This document shows, piece after piece, positions 27,629 to 37,021 of a stretch of DNA of 64,000 nucleotides. The position numbers and the translations under genes were made by a program. Under the pieces are notes generated by a model. That model was not told where the DNA came from, searched no databases, and worked only from the letters and a program-made list of their open reading frames with translations. How positions within the stretch are numbered: position 1 is the first letter of the stretch; every line of letters starts with the position of its first letter. This DNA comes from an uncultured Candidatus Saccharibacteria bacterium (GTDB lineage: Bacteria; Patescibacteriota; Minisyncoccia; Phycocordibacterales; UBA9973): contig CAZQSY010000001.1 of the NCBI GenBank assembly GCA_964596395.1, positions 108,091 through 172,090 on the forward strand, read 5' to 3'.

Positions 27629-28090
27629 CTACCTTGCTAAGAATTTTGAGTAAAATTCATAATTTTTTAAGAAAATTTCCAACGCAGGTCGTTCGTCCCA
27701 AACTATATCCAAATCTAAAATGTTTTTTATGCTAACCCAGTGACTTTCCAAAGTCGTCTCTAACTCCTCTTTCGCTGAATTGATATCTCCGCTTACATAG
27801 TCACAGATTCTCGCTATTGCATTGATTTGTATCTGGTCGTTATCTTTAGCGTATTCCCAGTTCCAACAATAAATCGGCGTTCCCGGTCTGCATACTATCC
27901 CTGTTTCCTCTTTAACTTCCTCCATAATAGATTCGTCGGGGGTTTGCCCAAACTCTATTTTCCCTCCAGACAACCCATACTTTCCTACTACTTTCGTGGC
28001 AGTATATTTGGAACTTGAATACTTAATCAGCAAAACTTCACCAAGCTTATTCAGCACTATGGCTTTTTGCGCAAATTTCTGTATGTGCAT
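27629..28090 (-). CDS. NUDIX hydrolase
   Basis: Nudix box SGGKIEFGQTPDESIMEEVKEETGI. Confidence 0.75.
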   Translation of the reverse strand: MHIQKFAQKAIVLNKLGEVLLIKYSSSKYTATKVVGKYGLSGGKIEFGQTPDESIMEEVKEETGIVCRPGTPIYCWNWEYAKDNDQIQINAIARICDYVSGDINSAKEELETTLESHWVSIKNILDLDIVWDERPALEIFLKNYEFYSKFLAR

Positions 28091-28123
28091 AAATTTTCAC
28101 CCCGACCTGGAGTTCCATAAATT

Positions 28124-28852
28124 TTATTTTCCAGATATTGAATACCCGCCATCCACTAAAATCGTCTGCCCTGTTATAAAACTGGCTCTATCACTCGCCA
28201 AGAATAAAATTGCTTCAGCAATTTCTTTTGGTTGACCTACTCTACCAAGTAAAGCACTTTTCACTTGTTTCCAAACCTGTTCGTCCCAAATCTTAGACAT
28301 GGGTGTTTCAGTAAAACCGGGAGCAACCGCTTTCACGGCAATAGTTGGAGCAAAGTCTTTTGCTAAGGTAGATGTTAGATTTACTATTGCCGCTTTCGAG
28401 GCAGAATACGCAGGGCGACCTGAAGTGTTTTCGTAAGCTCGAATTGAAGCCACGTTTACTATTCGTCCGTATTTTTTCTTCTGCATCTTTGGTATAACCG
28501 CCTGACAGAAATGAACTGTCCCTAAAACGTTAATCTTGAAAAGGTTTAGCCAGGATTCATCTGTCGATTCAAGTAATCTTTCCCTACTAGCGGTGCCTGC
28601 GCAATTCACTAAAGCGTCTATTTTTTTAACTTTCTTCAATATCTCGGCAATAGCTCTGTCGACAGCTTCTTTTTCCGACACATCGCAAAAAATATAATCA
28701 CTCTTAAGCTCTTTTGCTAATTTTTTAAGTTTTTCGCTTTCAGTCCTGCCGTGCAAAATTACTTTTGCACCATACTTTTTTGCCAACCTAGCAGTAGCCA
28801 TGCCAATCCCAGAAGATGAACCGGTTATCAAGATGATTTTGCCTTTTAACAT
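28124..28852 (-). CDS. Short-chain dehydrogenase/reductase (SDR) family oxidoreductase
   Basis: TGSSSGIG cofactor-binding motif, catalytic YSASKAA. Confidence 0.85.
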   Translation of the reverse strand: MLKGKIILITGSSSGIGMATARLAKKYGAKVILHGRTESEKLKKLAKELKSDYIFCDVSEKEAVDRAIAEILKKVKKIDALVNCAGTASRERLLESTDESWLNLFKINVLGTVHFCQAVIPKMQKKKYGRIVNVASIRAYENTSGRPAYSASKAAIVNLTSTLAKDFAPTIAVKAVAPGFTETPMSKIWDEQVWKQVKSALLGRVGQPKEIAEAILFLASDRASFITGQTILVDGGYSISGK

Positions 28853-28900
28853 GTTTTTCGCTTTAGTTAAGTAAAGTGGGTAATAGAAACGAAATCATTT

Positions 28901-30145
28901 TTACACAAATTTTTTCGGAATCGGGAATTTTTGGGCTAATTTTTTGATTTCTTTATGCACGGATTCTTTTACTCTTTTGTTATCTTTGTTCTTAAGCGCC
29001 TCAATCATAAGCTCGGCTACGAGCGCGCAATCTTTTTCTTTAAAACCTCTAGTGGTTATCGCCGGCGTGCCGAAACGTATGCCCGAAGGGTCCATCGGCT
29101 TCCTCGGGTCATCGGCAATCATATTCATGTTGAGCGTTATGCCCACTTCATCGAGCACCGTCTGCGCCTCTTTACCGGTAACGCCCAGCGAGCCATATAC
29201 ATCAGCCAAAATTAGGTGATTATCCGTCCCGCCGCCGATCATTCTGATTTTGTGCTTATGCAAAACTTTCTCCATGGCCTTTGCGTTCTTCAAAATCTGC
29301 AGAGCATACTTTTTGAATTTAGGTGTGAGCGCTTCGCCAAAAGCGACGGCTTTCGCGGCAATGGTATGCATATGCGGACCACCCTGTATGCCGGGAAAAA
29401 TGGCTTTATCTATTTTCTTCGCGATTTCTTCGTTTTCGCGTACCAGAATCATCCCTCCTCTCGGGCCCCTCAGTGTCTTGTGAGTGGTGGTGGTAATTAT
29501 GTCAAAACCGTCGCTAAACGGATTGCGTAATGCCCCGGCGGCAATCAGCCCGGCGATATGCGCCATGTCGGCCATGGTAATGGCGCCGACTTCGTGCGCA
29601 ATTGCGACAAATTTTTTGTAATTAAGCGTGCGCGAGTAGGCGGAAAAGCCGGCCAAAATTATTTTTGGTTTCTTTTCTATAGCTACGCGGCGCAGGTCAG
29701 CGTAGTCAATTTCTCCCGTTTTGGTATTTTTCATCTTATACCTGACGAAATTGTAAATTTTCGCCGGGAGCGTCATTGGATGGCCGTGTGTCAAGTGTCC
29801 GCCGTGCGACAAATCCATGCCTAAGACGGTATCCCCCGGCTCGAGCAAAGCCGAATACACGGCCAGATTGGCCGGCGCTCCGGAGTGCGGTTGCACGTTC
29901 GCAAATTTGCATTTGAAAAGTTTGCAAGCCCGCTCGATTGCCAGATTTTCCACGGCATCAGTAAAATCCTGGCCGCCGTAATACCGCCGGCCGGGATAAC
30001 CCTCGGAGTATTTATTGGTAAAAACCGAACCGTTGGCCTTTAAAACATCTTCGGAAACATAGTTCTCGGAAGGTATCAGTTCTAAACCTTCGGCTTGCCT
30101 CTTTTCTTCCCCTTTTATGAGTTTTTCGAGTTTTTTATCTCGCAT
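28901..30145 (-). CDS. glyA: Serine hydroxymethyltransferase
   Basis: LELIPSENYVS, PLP-lysine region TTTTHKTLRGPRGG. Confidence 0.95.
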   Translation of the reverse strand: MRDKKLEKLIKGEEKRQAEGLELIPSENYVSEDVLKANGSVFTNKYSEGYPGRRYYGGQDFTDAVENLAIERACKLFKCKFANVQPHSGAPANLAVYSALLEPGDTVLGMDLSHGGHLTHGHPMTLPAKIYNFVRYKMKNTKTGEIDYADLRRVAIEKKPKIILAGFSAYSRTLNYKKFVAIAHEVGAITMADMAHIAGLIAAGALRNPFSDGFDIITTTTHKTLRGPRGGMILVRENEEIAKKIDKAIFPGIQGGPHMHTIAAKAVAFGEALTPKFKKYALQILKNAKAMEKVLHKHKIRMIGGGTDNHLILADVYGSLGVTGKEAQTVLDEVGITLNMNMIADDPRKPMDPSGIRFGTPAITTRGFKEKDCALVAELMIEALKNKDNKRVKESVHKEIKKLAQKFPIPKKFV

Positions 30146-30993
30146 CCTGCGATTATATCACACCTGAAAATTATCGTACCCATAGTGTCTGTGCGCAGTA
30201 TTTTGGCTCCGAACACGGTCAAAATATCCAGTACATCCTGATGCGGGTGGCCGTACTTGTTTTCCTTGCCGGATGAAATCAAGGCGTACGCCGGAGAAAC
30301 CGCTTTGACAAAATTCCCCGAAGTCGAAGTGCGCGAGCCATGATGACCGGTCTTTAAAATATCACTGTCAATTTTTGGCAAAGGGTTCCTAGTGAGAACA
30401 ATTTCTTCGGTTTTCTTCGTAGCATCCCCGGTAAACATTATGGAGGTCTTGCCGTAAGAAAGCCGGGCCACCACCGAGCCGTCATTCGGCGCCCAGTACG
30501 AAACGTCCCGGTCGGGAAAAAGAATCTCTATAACCGCCCCGCCGCCGATATCGAGTTTCATACCCTTTCGGGCGAGAATATCCGGAATATTTTTTCTTTT
30601 TATCTCGTCCTTCAAGTTTTGAAAAACTTTTGAGTCGTTAAAAGTCCCGGGTTCGAACACCGCGCCAATTTCATAATTCTTCAAAACATCCGAGAAGCCC
30701 GCGATATGGTCTTGGTCGGGGTTGGTAATAACCAACGCGTCAATGCGTCTGTCAAAAGGAGATATCGCACGCGCGAGCTCCCCTAGGATTCTTCCATTCG
30801 GGCCTCCGTCGAAAAGAATTTGCGTTCCGGTTGGAGATTCTATGAAAAACGCGTCGCCTTGGCCGACATCAAGCATAGCTAGAGTAAGCGCCCCCTGAGA
30901 ACCGCGCCAATCAAGATAAAGTACAAAGGCGTCGAATACAATAAGGAAAAAAAGTATGAGGAGAAGCCAATGTTTTTTAGAGGAGGAAGACAT
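30115..30993 (-). CDS. Membrane-anchored metallo-beta-lactamase-fold protein (ComEC C-terminal domain-like)
   Basis: N-terminal TM helix, then LDVGQGDAFFIESPTG..ILFDGG, ITNPDQDHIAG, GHHGS motifs typical of the ComEC/Rec2 MBL domain. Confidence 0.75.
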   Translation of the reverse strand: MSSSSKKHWLLLILFFLIVFDAFVLYLDWRGSQGALTLAMLDVGQGDAFFIESPTGTQILFDGGPNGRILGELARAISPFDRRIDALVITNPDQDHIAGFSDVLKNYEIGAVFEPGTFNDSKVFQNLKDEIKRKNIPDILARKGMKLDIGGGAVIEILFPDRDVSYWAPNDGSVVARLSYGKTSIMFTGDATKKTEEIVLTRNPLPKIDSDILKTGHHGSRTSTSGNFVKAVSPAYALISSGKENKYGHPHQDVLDILTVFGAKILRTDTMGTIIFRCDIIAGCEIKNSKNS

Positions 30994-31031
30994 GCTACAA
31001 TTTTAACATTACTATTAAAACAATCAGAGCC

Positions 31032-31625
31032 ATGAAAAAATTTGAAGAAGCAAAATTTGAAATCGGCGAGCTCGCGGGTATTTCGAAGAAAAATATAGAA
31101 GAGCATTTGAAACTTTACTCGGGGTATGTGAAAAATGCCAACTTAATACTGGAGAAAATAGTGGAGCTAGCGCAAGATTCAGAAAAAAACGCTTACGCTT
31201 TGGGGGAAATTCAAAGAAGGTTTGGTTTTGAATACAACGGCATGCGAAACCACGAAGTTTATTTTGATTCTCTTTCCGACGGAGCGCAGTCCCTCGGAGA
31301 AAATAGCGAACTCAAGAAAGCAATCGTAGAAGAGTGGGGCTCGTTTGACGTGTGGCTTGCCCGATTCAAAGCTGTGGCGCTCACGCGCGGCATCGGCTGG
31401 GCCATGCTTTACTACGACAAAAAAGACGGAAGATTGCTTACGACTTGGGTGGATGAACAGCACTTGGGGCAACTCCAGGATTGCGCCCTGATACTGGGAC
31501 TCGACATGTGGGAACACGCATACGTCTATGATTACCCGACCTCGGAGAAGAAAAAATACGTGGAGGCATTTTTTGAAAATCTGAATTGGGAGAGCGCGGA
31601 GAAAAATTTCCTAAATGTAAAATAA
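31032..31625 (+). CDS. Fe/Mn superoxide dismutase-like protein
   Basis: DMWEHAYV (D/H metal ligands), NHEVYF (His ligand), N-terminal helical hairpin with a single His (IEEHLKLY) where HHxKHH is usual. Confidence 0.8.
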   Translation: MKKFEEAKFEIGELAGISKKNIEEHLKLYSGYVKNANLILEKIVELAQDSEKNAYALGEIQRRFGFEYNGMRNHEVYFDSLSDGAQSLGENSELKKAIVEEWGSFDVWLARFKAVALTRGIGWAMLYYDKKDGRLLTTWVDEQHLGQLQDCALILGLDMWEHAYVYDYPTSEKKKYVEAFFENLNWESAEKNFLNVK

Positions 31626-31635
31626 AAAATCGAGA

Positions 31636-31712
31636 AAAGGTTTTTAAGGGGTTTGGCGAGCGACGGCGAGCCAATTTCAGGAATTTTTAAGCTTCAAAAA
31701 TTCCGTACCGAC
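31636..31712. repeat. GC-rich palindromic intergenic module (host form, no nested inserts)
   Basis: ggggtttggcgagcgacggcgagccaatttcaggaatttttaagcttcaaaaattccgtacc; 9-bp stem ggaattttt/aaaaattcc; the same scaffold recurs at 56736-56862 with two inserted palindromes; outer IR atcgagaaaaggttttt / aaaaaccttattctcgat. Confidence 0.5.
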
Positions 31713-31719
31713 AAAAACC

Positions 31720-33246
31720 TTATTCTCGATTTTTTATCTCAAGGAGAAAGCTTTTCGCATTTCCCCCAAAAAGCTTGTAAGCAAACCAAGCGTATACGGC
31801 CATTGTCAGCACTAGAGGAAATTCTGGAATAGAGAGCGAAGCGAAAGGAACTCGCGCGAAAAAATTTACTACGGACATTTCGTAATGAAGTAAGAGATAC
31901 GACATGAAACCGAAAGGAACGGAAGCAAAATACCAAATTAACCCGGCGAATCCGGCAATAAAACCAAAACCCATGGTGAAAGGAATGAGCGGCAAAATCA
32001 AGACGTTGGCCGGCAATGCCACCAGCGAAAGGCTGCCCATTTTGTAAAGTATGAAAGGCAGAACAAAAATATAAACGGCAGTAGTAATAGAGAAAATTTC
32101 CCGCAGGCCGAAATAGGGCGTGACCCACTCAAAATATTTTTCAACTTTCGGAGCAAAAAATATCACCGCGACAGTGGCTAAGAAGGAAAGCTGAAAAGAT
32201 ACGTCAAAACGCAAAATGAAAGGGTTCCAGAGTACCATGACGATGCCTGCCAGAAGAAGCGCCCGGCCGGCATCATAGCCCCTGCCTGAAACTTTCGCGA
32301 AAAGAGAAATTACCGCCATCACCCCCGCTCGCACCGCGGTAGAAGGAGCGCCGGTCATGAGCACGAACAAAAATATGGAAAACATGCCGGCCCCCGCCGC
32401 CCATCCCATAGGCAAAAAAGAGAAAAATTTCATGAACCACTTGGCGACAATCATGATGTTGTAGCCGGAAAGAGCGACAATGTGTATCGTACCTGTTGAG
32501 ACGAGATTCTCCCGAAAAGATTCTTCAAACGAGGCCTTTTCACCTAAAATAAGGCCGGCCATGAGCAGAGATTCTGGTTCTCGAATGGCTTGATTTATTT
32601 TTTCGGAAAATTTTTCTTTGACGGAAAATAAAATTTCTTTCACCTTGTTCCCATCCCCACGCGAAATTATTTCAGCATCCGGATACTTCATCAGGTAAAA
32701 AATCCCGTCCTTGCGCAAGTAATTCACATAATCAAATTCTTTACCTTGGTCGGTTATGAAATTTTCCGGCTTTTTTAAAACTCCTTTTATATCCAATTTA
32801 TCTCCGTACTTAGAATTATTTTCCAGCCCTACTGTAACTAAAATTCTTGTTTTGAAACCTTTTTCTTCGGCTTCCACGATAAATTTCTGATTATTTTCGG
32901 CCACGTTCGGCTCATCGGCAATTTCACCGGTCAAAGAAACTCTCTGGCCTACTTTTGATTCGAAAAACTCCGGCACAGGCCTATCCGCAACGCTAAATCT
33001 CCAAATCCCAAAACAGAAAAGCAGAACAAAAACCGAAATTAAAACCCCTATTTTATTCTTGGAAACAAAAGTAAAAAACAAGAGCAGTGCAAAAGCTAAG
33101 ACCCCAAATAAAATAACAACGTGTAAATTCACAAAAACACCTGCCTCGCCGGCACCTGCCTGTCCGGTAGGCAGGGGCAGGAAAGAGCGCACAAGCACTC
33201 CCAGGATAAAACCCGCGCAAGCCGAGTAAAAAATTTTATCTTGCAT
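31720..33246 (-). CDS. comEC: ComEC/Rec2 competence channel protein (N-terminal OB/DUF4131 + competence domain, no MBL domain)
   Basis: Polytopic membrane protein; HIVALSGYNIMIV competence-domain signature; ends before any MBL motifs. Confidence 0.85.
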   Translation of the reverse strand: MQDKIFYSACAGFILGVLVRSFLPLPTGQAGAGEAGVFVNLHVVILFGVLAFALLLFFTFVSKNKIGVLISVFVLLFCFGIWRFSVADRPVPEFFESKVGQRVSLTGEIADEPNVAENNQKFIVEAEEKGFKTRILVTVGLENNSKYGDKLDIKGVLKKPENFITDQGKEFDYVNYLRKDGIFYLMKYPDAEIISRGDGNKVKEILFSVKEKFSEKINQAIREPESLLMAGLILGEKASFEESFRENLVSTGTIHIVALSGYNIMIVAKWFMKFFSFLPMGWAAGAGMFSIFLFVLMTGAPSTAVRAGVMAVISLFAKVSGRGYDAGRALLLAGIVMVLWNPFILRFDVSFQLSFLATVAVIFFAPKVEKYFEWVTPYFGLREIFSITTAVYIFVLPFILYKMGSLSLVALPANVLILPLIPFTMGFGFIAGFAGLIWYFASVPFGFMSYLLLHYEMSVVNFFARVPFASLSIPEFPLVLTMAVYAWFAYKLFGGNAKSFLLEIKNRE

Positions 33247-33265
33247 CTAAGAAAGAAGCAAAAAA

Positions 33266-33745
33266 TTATTTTCTAAGTTCTACCGGAACATTGTCCGCGA
33301 AACTGGCGGCGATTTCATCCGCCCGCTCGTTCCACCGGTCGCCATTGTGACCTTCGACATAACTCCATCTTGGTTTTAATTCCTCCGCGAGTTTATGCAG
33401 TTCTTCCCAAAGTTCACGATTGAGTACCGGTTTTTTATTGGCGTTTCTCCAATTATTTTTCTGCCAGTTGTGTATCCATTCGGTAATTCCCAAAATCACG
33501 TATTTGGAATCCGAAAAAATTTCCGCCTGATCAATGTCAAAGGTGCCCTTTGACATGCATGCTTTAACGTACTTCAGTGCCTCTATCGCCGCGGTAAGCT
33601 CCATCTGGTTATTGGTGGCGTGCTCGCTTCTCCCGCCGATTTCAAAAACATTGTCGCCTGCCAAAAAAATCGCCGCCCAGCCGGCTTTCCCCGGGTTCCC
33701 CCTCGCCGCCCCGTCAGTATAGATTGTGATTTTATCTTTTTGCAT
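33266..33745 (-). CDS. rnhA: Ribonuclease HI
   Basis: IYTDGAARGNPGKAGWAAI, NNQMELTAAIEAL, SDSKYV, VEGHNGDRWNERAD; start set at internal Met (MQKDKITIYTDG), ORF track start 33793. Confidence 0.85.
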   Translation of the reverse strand: MQKDKITIYTDGAARGNPGKAGWAAIFLAGDNVFEIGGRSEHATNNQMELTAAIEALKYVKACMSKGTFDIDQAEIFSDSKYVILGITEWIHNWQKNNWRNANKKPVLNRELWEELHKLAEELKPRWSYVEGHNGDRWNERADEIAASFADNVPVELRK

Positions 33746-33807
33746 CCGGTTTTTCAGAACTAATCTCAAGAAAAGAATCAATATATTCGTCAATTATGGC
33801 AATCGTC

Positions 33808-34281
33808 TTAATCTTTTTGTTTTCCAGAGATTTTATCGCGTTTTTTATCTCTGACACATCTTCTATAATTATGTATGTCTGACATGGAATCAACAAATGG
33901 GTGAATCCAGTCTTCTACCAACTTGCCACAGAAAAGCAGGTTTGGCCTTCTATGATAACTGTCTTTAGGTAAAACAGTTATCACTGGTTTCCTGAAATAT
34001 TTCGCTATCACAAACTCCATAGCGGTACCGGCACCAATACCGCGGTCTTTTTCCTCAGCGTTTACTATGATCAAGTCGTTTTGTCTAATATGCAAGCAAT
34101 CCGCACCAAAAACAAGTTTTGGATTTCCTTCTAAGGAATTAAGGTAAAAATTATTCGGGTCAAACAGCTCAAAGTCGCCAGAAATTTTGGAAATCACTTC
34201 GGAATATCTTTTACGCCAGTCTACTAGCTTTTTGGCTTCATTGTCTCCCTTCGGCACCGAACCTGCCAGATAAATTTTCAT
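33808..34281 (-). CDS. Nucleoside 2-deoxyribosyltransferase-like (LOG/YtoQ-like Rossmann) protein
   Basis: MKIYLAGS start and GADCLHIRQNDLIIVN...GAGTAMEFVIAKYFRKPVITV pattern of the nucleoside deoxyribosyltransferase-like superfamily. Confidence 0.5.
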   Translation of the reverse strand: MKIYLAGSVPKGDNEAKKLVDWRKRYSEVISKISGDFELFDPNNFYLNSLEGNPKLVFGADCLHIRQNDLIIVNAEEKDRGIGAGTAMEFVIAKYFRKPVITVLPKDSYHRRPNLLFCGKLVEDWIHPFVDSMSDIHNYRRCVRDKKRDKISGKQKD

Positions 34282-34316
34282 GCTCGCGATTATAGCAAAA
34301 AAACATCACGTACGCC

Positions 34317-34358
34317 AACGTCAATATACTCTGCGATAGCAGAAAAAATTGACACTGA
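34317..34358. promoter_or_regulatory. 42-bp composite palindrome aacgtcaat-atac-tctgcgatagcaga-aaaa-attgacact upstream of PaaX-like regulator gene 2
   Basis: Outer IR gtcaat/attgac enclosing inner tctgc-gata-gcaga; direct repeat of 34869-34910. Confidence 0.4.
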
Positions 34359-34383
34359 TAAGAACAAAGAATATAATACAAAC

Positions 34384-34866
34384 ATGTCTCTCGCACGAGA
34401 AATTATAAAAGAACTCTTAAAACCTACCCTGAATTATAAAGGTATGCCAGTGAATATATTTGGCATACCGAGATTCAGGAAACATTCCTTTGGTTCACTT
34501 AGAACAACTGTCTGGGAAATGAAAAGAAAAGGATTGATAGAAAAGCGAGGAAGCGGGTGGTATTCCACACCCGCTGGGAAAAAATTCGTGCAGAGGAAAT
34601 ACGAGTCACTCGAACAATTCTCAAATAGCTTTGCGAAAGGCACGCCAAAAAACCTTTTAGTTATGTACGATATACCTGAATATAAAAAAGCAGAAAGAGA
34701 ATGGTTTCGCTGGCATTTGAAAAAATTCGGCTATCTGATGATTCAAAGAAGTGTATGGATTGGTCCTTCTCCTTTGCCGAAAGATTTTTTAGACTACGTG
34801 GAAAAAATAAAACTGAAAAGAAACATAAAAACTTTTAGGCTGGCAAAACCGTATAAGGCAAAATAA
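34384..34866 (+). CDS. Small PaaX-like regulator, paralog 2
   Basis: 160 aa; clear paralog of 26609..27088 (MPVNIFGIPRF, LLVMYDIPEYKKAEREWFRWHLKKFGYLMIQRSVWIGPSPLPKDF). Confidence 0.55.
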   Translation: MSLAREIIKELLKPTLNYKGMPVNIFGIPRFRKHSFGSLRTTVWEMKRKGLIEKRGSGWYSTPAGKKFVQRKYESLEQFSNSFAKGTPKNLLVMYDIPEYKKAEREWFRWHLKKFGYLMIQRSVWIGPSPLPKDFLDYVEKIKLKRNIKTFRLAKPYKAK

Positions 34867-34868
34867 AC

Positions 34869-34910
34869 AAACGTCAATGAATCTTGCTATCGCGTAAAAT
34901 ATTGACACTC
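34869..34910. repeat. 42-bp composite palindrome aacgtcaat-gaa-tcttgctatcgcg-taaaat-attgacact downstream of regulator gene 2
   Basis: Same outer IR gtcaat/attgac as 34317-34358; inner part is a degenerate, inverted version of gcgatagca. Confidence 0.4.
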
Positions 34911-34951
34911 AAACATTCTTCTTAAACATCCTCGGAAAATAGTTAGGGGGC

Positions 34952-36610
34952 TTACAAAATATCTATCACCCGAAGCCGTAATTCTTCCCTGCCGCCGAAG
35001 CGGGATAGGTCGAGAGAGGCCAAAAGGTTCACTCGCGAGCCGAGAGTGACGGGGGTCTTGAAAGAATCGCCGTTTGAAAAAAAGGAAACAGCTTTTACTC
35101 CGCTTTTGCCCGAACCGGAGAAAGTTATCTCTAGATGTTCCCCGCCGTTCTTGCCGAATTTTTTTATATTTTCCACTTTCACGCCTTCAAAAAGAAAAAC
35201 CGGCTTGGGGTTACCCAGACCGAAGGGAGCGAGCTTGGATATCTCTTTCCAGTTTTTCATATTCACCGCCTCCAGGCCGGATTTTATGTCGTACGGAACT
35301 CCTTCTTCCTTCTTTTCCCGTTTAACTTTCGTAAAAGAGAAGCAAAGCGCTTCTTCCAAAGAATGGATTTTCTCGCTTCGCACTGTAAAACCGCCGGCCA
35401 GCTCGTGCCCGCCGAATTCCGAAAAAAATTCTCTCGTTTCCTGCATCAGTTCAACAACTGAAACCGAGCCGTCGCTCCGGCAGGATCCTTTGATTAAATC
35501 ATTCTCGTCCCGCCCCCACACAAAAACCGGCTTCTTGTATTGGTCTTTCATCTTGCCCGCCACCAACCCCAAAACCCCTACCCGCCACACGGGGTTACCG
35601 ATTACGAGCACTTCTTTCAAATTTTCTGCTTCCCTTGCCTCAAGTTTCTTGTGGACTTCGCGAACAATGCTCGTGACAACTGTTTTTCTGTCGTCATTTA
35701 TTTTGGACAAACGAGCCGCGAGCGCGCCCGCTTCTCCATCGTCTGAAGTGGCCAAAAGTTCGTAGGCAAGACGGGGACTATCCATGCGGGAAGCGGCATT
35801 CAACCGCGGGGTGAGCATAAAGCCGATGTCGTCTTCGCTAACATGTCTCTGTTCGATGTAAAGCTTCGAAAAAATTTTTTGTAAACCGGGACGTGGGGAT
35901 TTTCTTAGAACCTTCATACCGAAATAAGCAATAGCTCTGTTTTCTCCGGTGAGCGGGACCTGGTCGGAAAGCGTAGCGAGGCCCGCCATATCCAAGAGCC
36001 ATTTTTCCCACCCTTCGCCTATTTTATAGAATTCGCCGTATTTTTTTATGAATCCCTGAATAAACTTGAAAACAACGCCGGCGCCGCACAGCATCTTTTC
36101 GGGATAACCGTCGACTTTCGGATTCAGAATCGCGCAAGCTCTAGGTAACTCGGCGGGCGGTATATGGTGATCGGTGACTATCGTGTCGATATTTAAAACC
36201 TTCGCCTGCGCAATTTCGGAAACGGCTGTGGTGCCCAAATCAACGGTTATTATGAGCCGGGCTCCTTTACCCGCGAATTCTTTAATGGCGGCGAGGTTTA
36301 AACCGTATCCTTCGGAATTTCTCTCGGGGATATACACTTCGTAATTTTCAAAGCCGATTCTTTTAAAAAGGTCCCTCAACATCACCGCTCCGGGAATGCC
36401 GTCGCAATCATAATCGGCGTATATTATGATTTTTTCCTTGGCCTCAACCGCCTCGAAAAGCCGTACGCAGGCATGCTCCATATCCCTCATTAAAAAAGGG
36501 TCGTGAATGTCGCGCCTGTATTCGGGGTTCAAAAAGGCCTCGGCTTCCGCCTCGGCAGTAATTCCCCTTCTCGCAAGCAATTCGCCGAGCAACTCCCCGT
36601 ATTTTTGCAT
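34952..36610 (-). CDS. recJ: Single-stranded-DNA-specific exonuclease RecJ
   Basis: DHH motifs ([19 protein letters not shown]), DHHA1 region, C-terminal OB-like domain. Confidence 0.9.
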   Translation of the reverse strand: MQKYGELLGELLARRGITAEAEAEAFLNPEYRRDIHDPFLMRDMEHACVRLFEAVEAKEKIIIYADYDCDGIPGAVMLRDLFKRIGFENYEVYIPERNSEGYGLNLAAIKEFAGKGARLIITVDLGTTAVSEIAQAKVLNIDTIVTDHHIPPAELPRACAILNPKVDGYPEKMLCGAGVVFKFIQGFIKKYGEFYKIGEGWEKWLLDMAGLATLSDQVPLTGENRAIAYFGMKVLRKSPRPGLQKIFSKLYIEQRHVSEDDIGFMLTPRLNAASRMDSPRLAYELLATSDDGEAGALAARLSKINDDRKTVVTSIVREVHKKLEAREAENLKEVLVIGNPVWRVGVLGLVAGKMKDQYKKPVFVWGRDENDLIKGSCRSDGSVSVVELMQETREFFSEFGGHELAGGFTVRSEKIHSLEEALCFSFTKVKREKKEEGVPYDIKSGLEAVNMKNWKEISKLAPFGLGNPKPVFLFEGVKVENIKKFGKNGGEHLEITFSGSGKSGVKAVSFFSNGDSFKTPVTLGSRVNLLASLDLSRFGGREELRLRVIDIL

Positions 36611-36667
36611 AAAAGAATTCTATCACACGCGGCTTGTTTTCTCTTTGGCTGCTGGTATAATCAAGGC

Positions 36668-37021
36668 ATGCAAGAATGCGTTTTCTGTAAAATCGCAAGA
36701 AAAGAAATTCCGGCCGAAGTAATTTATGAGGATGATGATTTTATCGCGTTTTTGGACATAAAGCCGCTCGGGCCCGGACACGCCCAAGTGATACCGAAAA
36801 AGCATTACCGATGGGTCTGGGATGTGCCGAACGCGGGAAAATATTTTGAAGTGGTAAAAAGAATCGCGCTGGCGCAGAAAAAAGTGTTCAAGGCGGACAT
36901 CGCCCGTTCGCAAATTTACGGCGAAGAAATTCCCCACGCCCATATCTGGGTTTGGCCGGAAACAGTGGGAGACGCGACAGACCTGAAAGCGAACGCCAAA
37001 AGAATTACCTCAATACTTTAA
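36668..37021 (+). CDS. HIT-family (histidine triad) nucleotide hydrolase
   Basis: CVFCKI zinc-finger-like start, HIT motif PHAHIWVWP; start set at MQECVFCKI (ORF track 36503); TGGTATAAT extended -10 at about 36651-36659. Confidence 0.8.
   Translation: MQECVFCKIARKEIPAEVIYEDDDFIAFLDIKPLGPGHAQVIPKKHYRWVWDVPNAGKYFEVVKRIALAQKKVFKADIARSQIYGEEIPHAHIWVWPETVGDATDLKANAKRITSIL

Noticed and set aside
30647-30665. gggttcgaacacc, a tRNA T-loop-like sequence
   Set aside because: It lies inside the MBL-domain CDS with no acceptor/anticodon stem context, and is judged coincidental.
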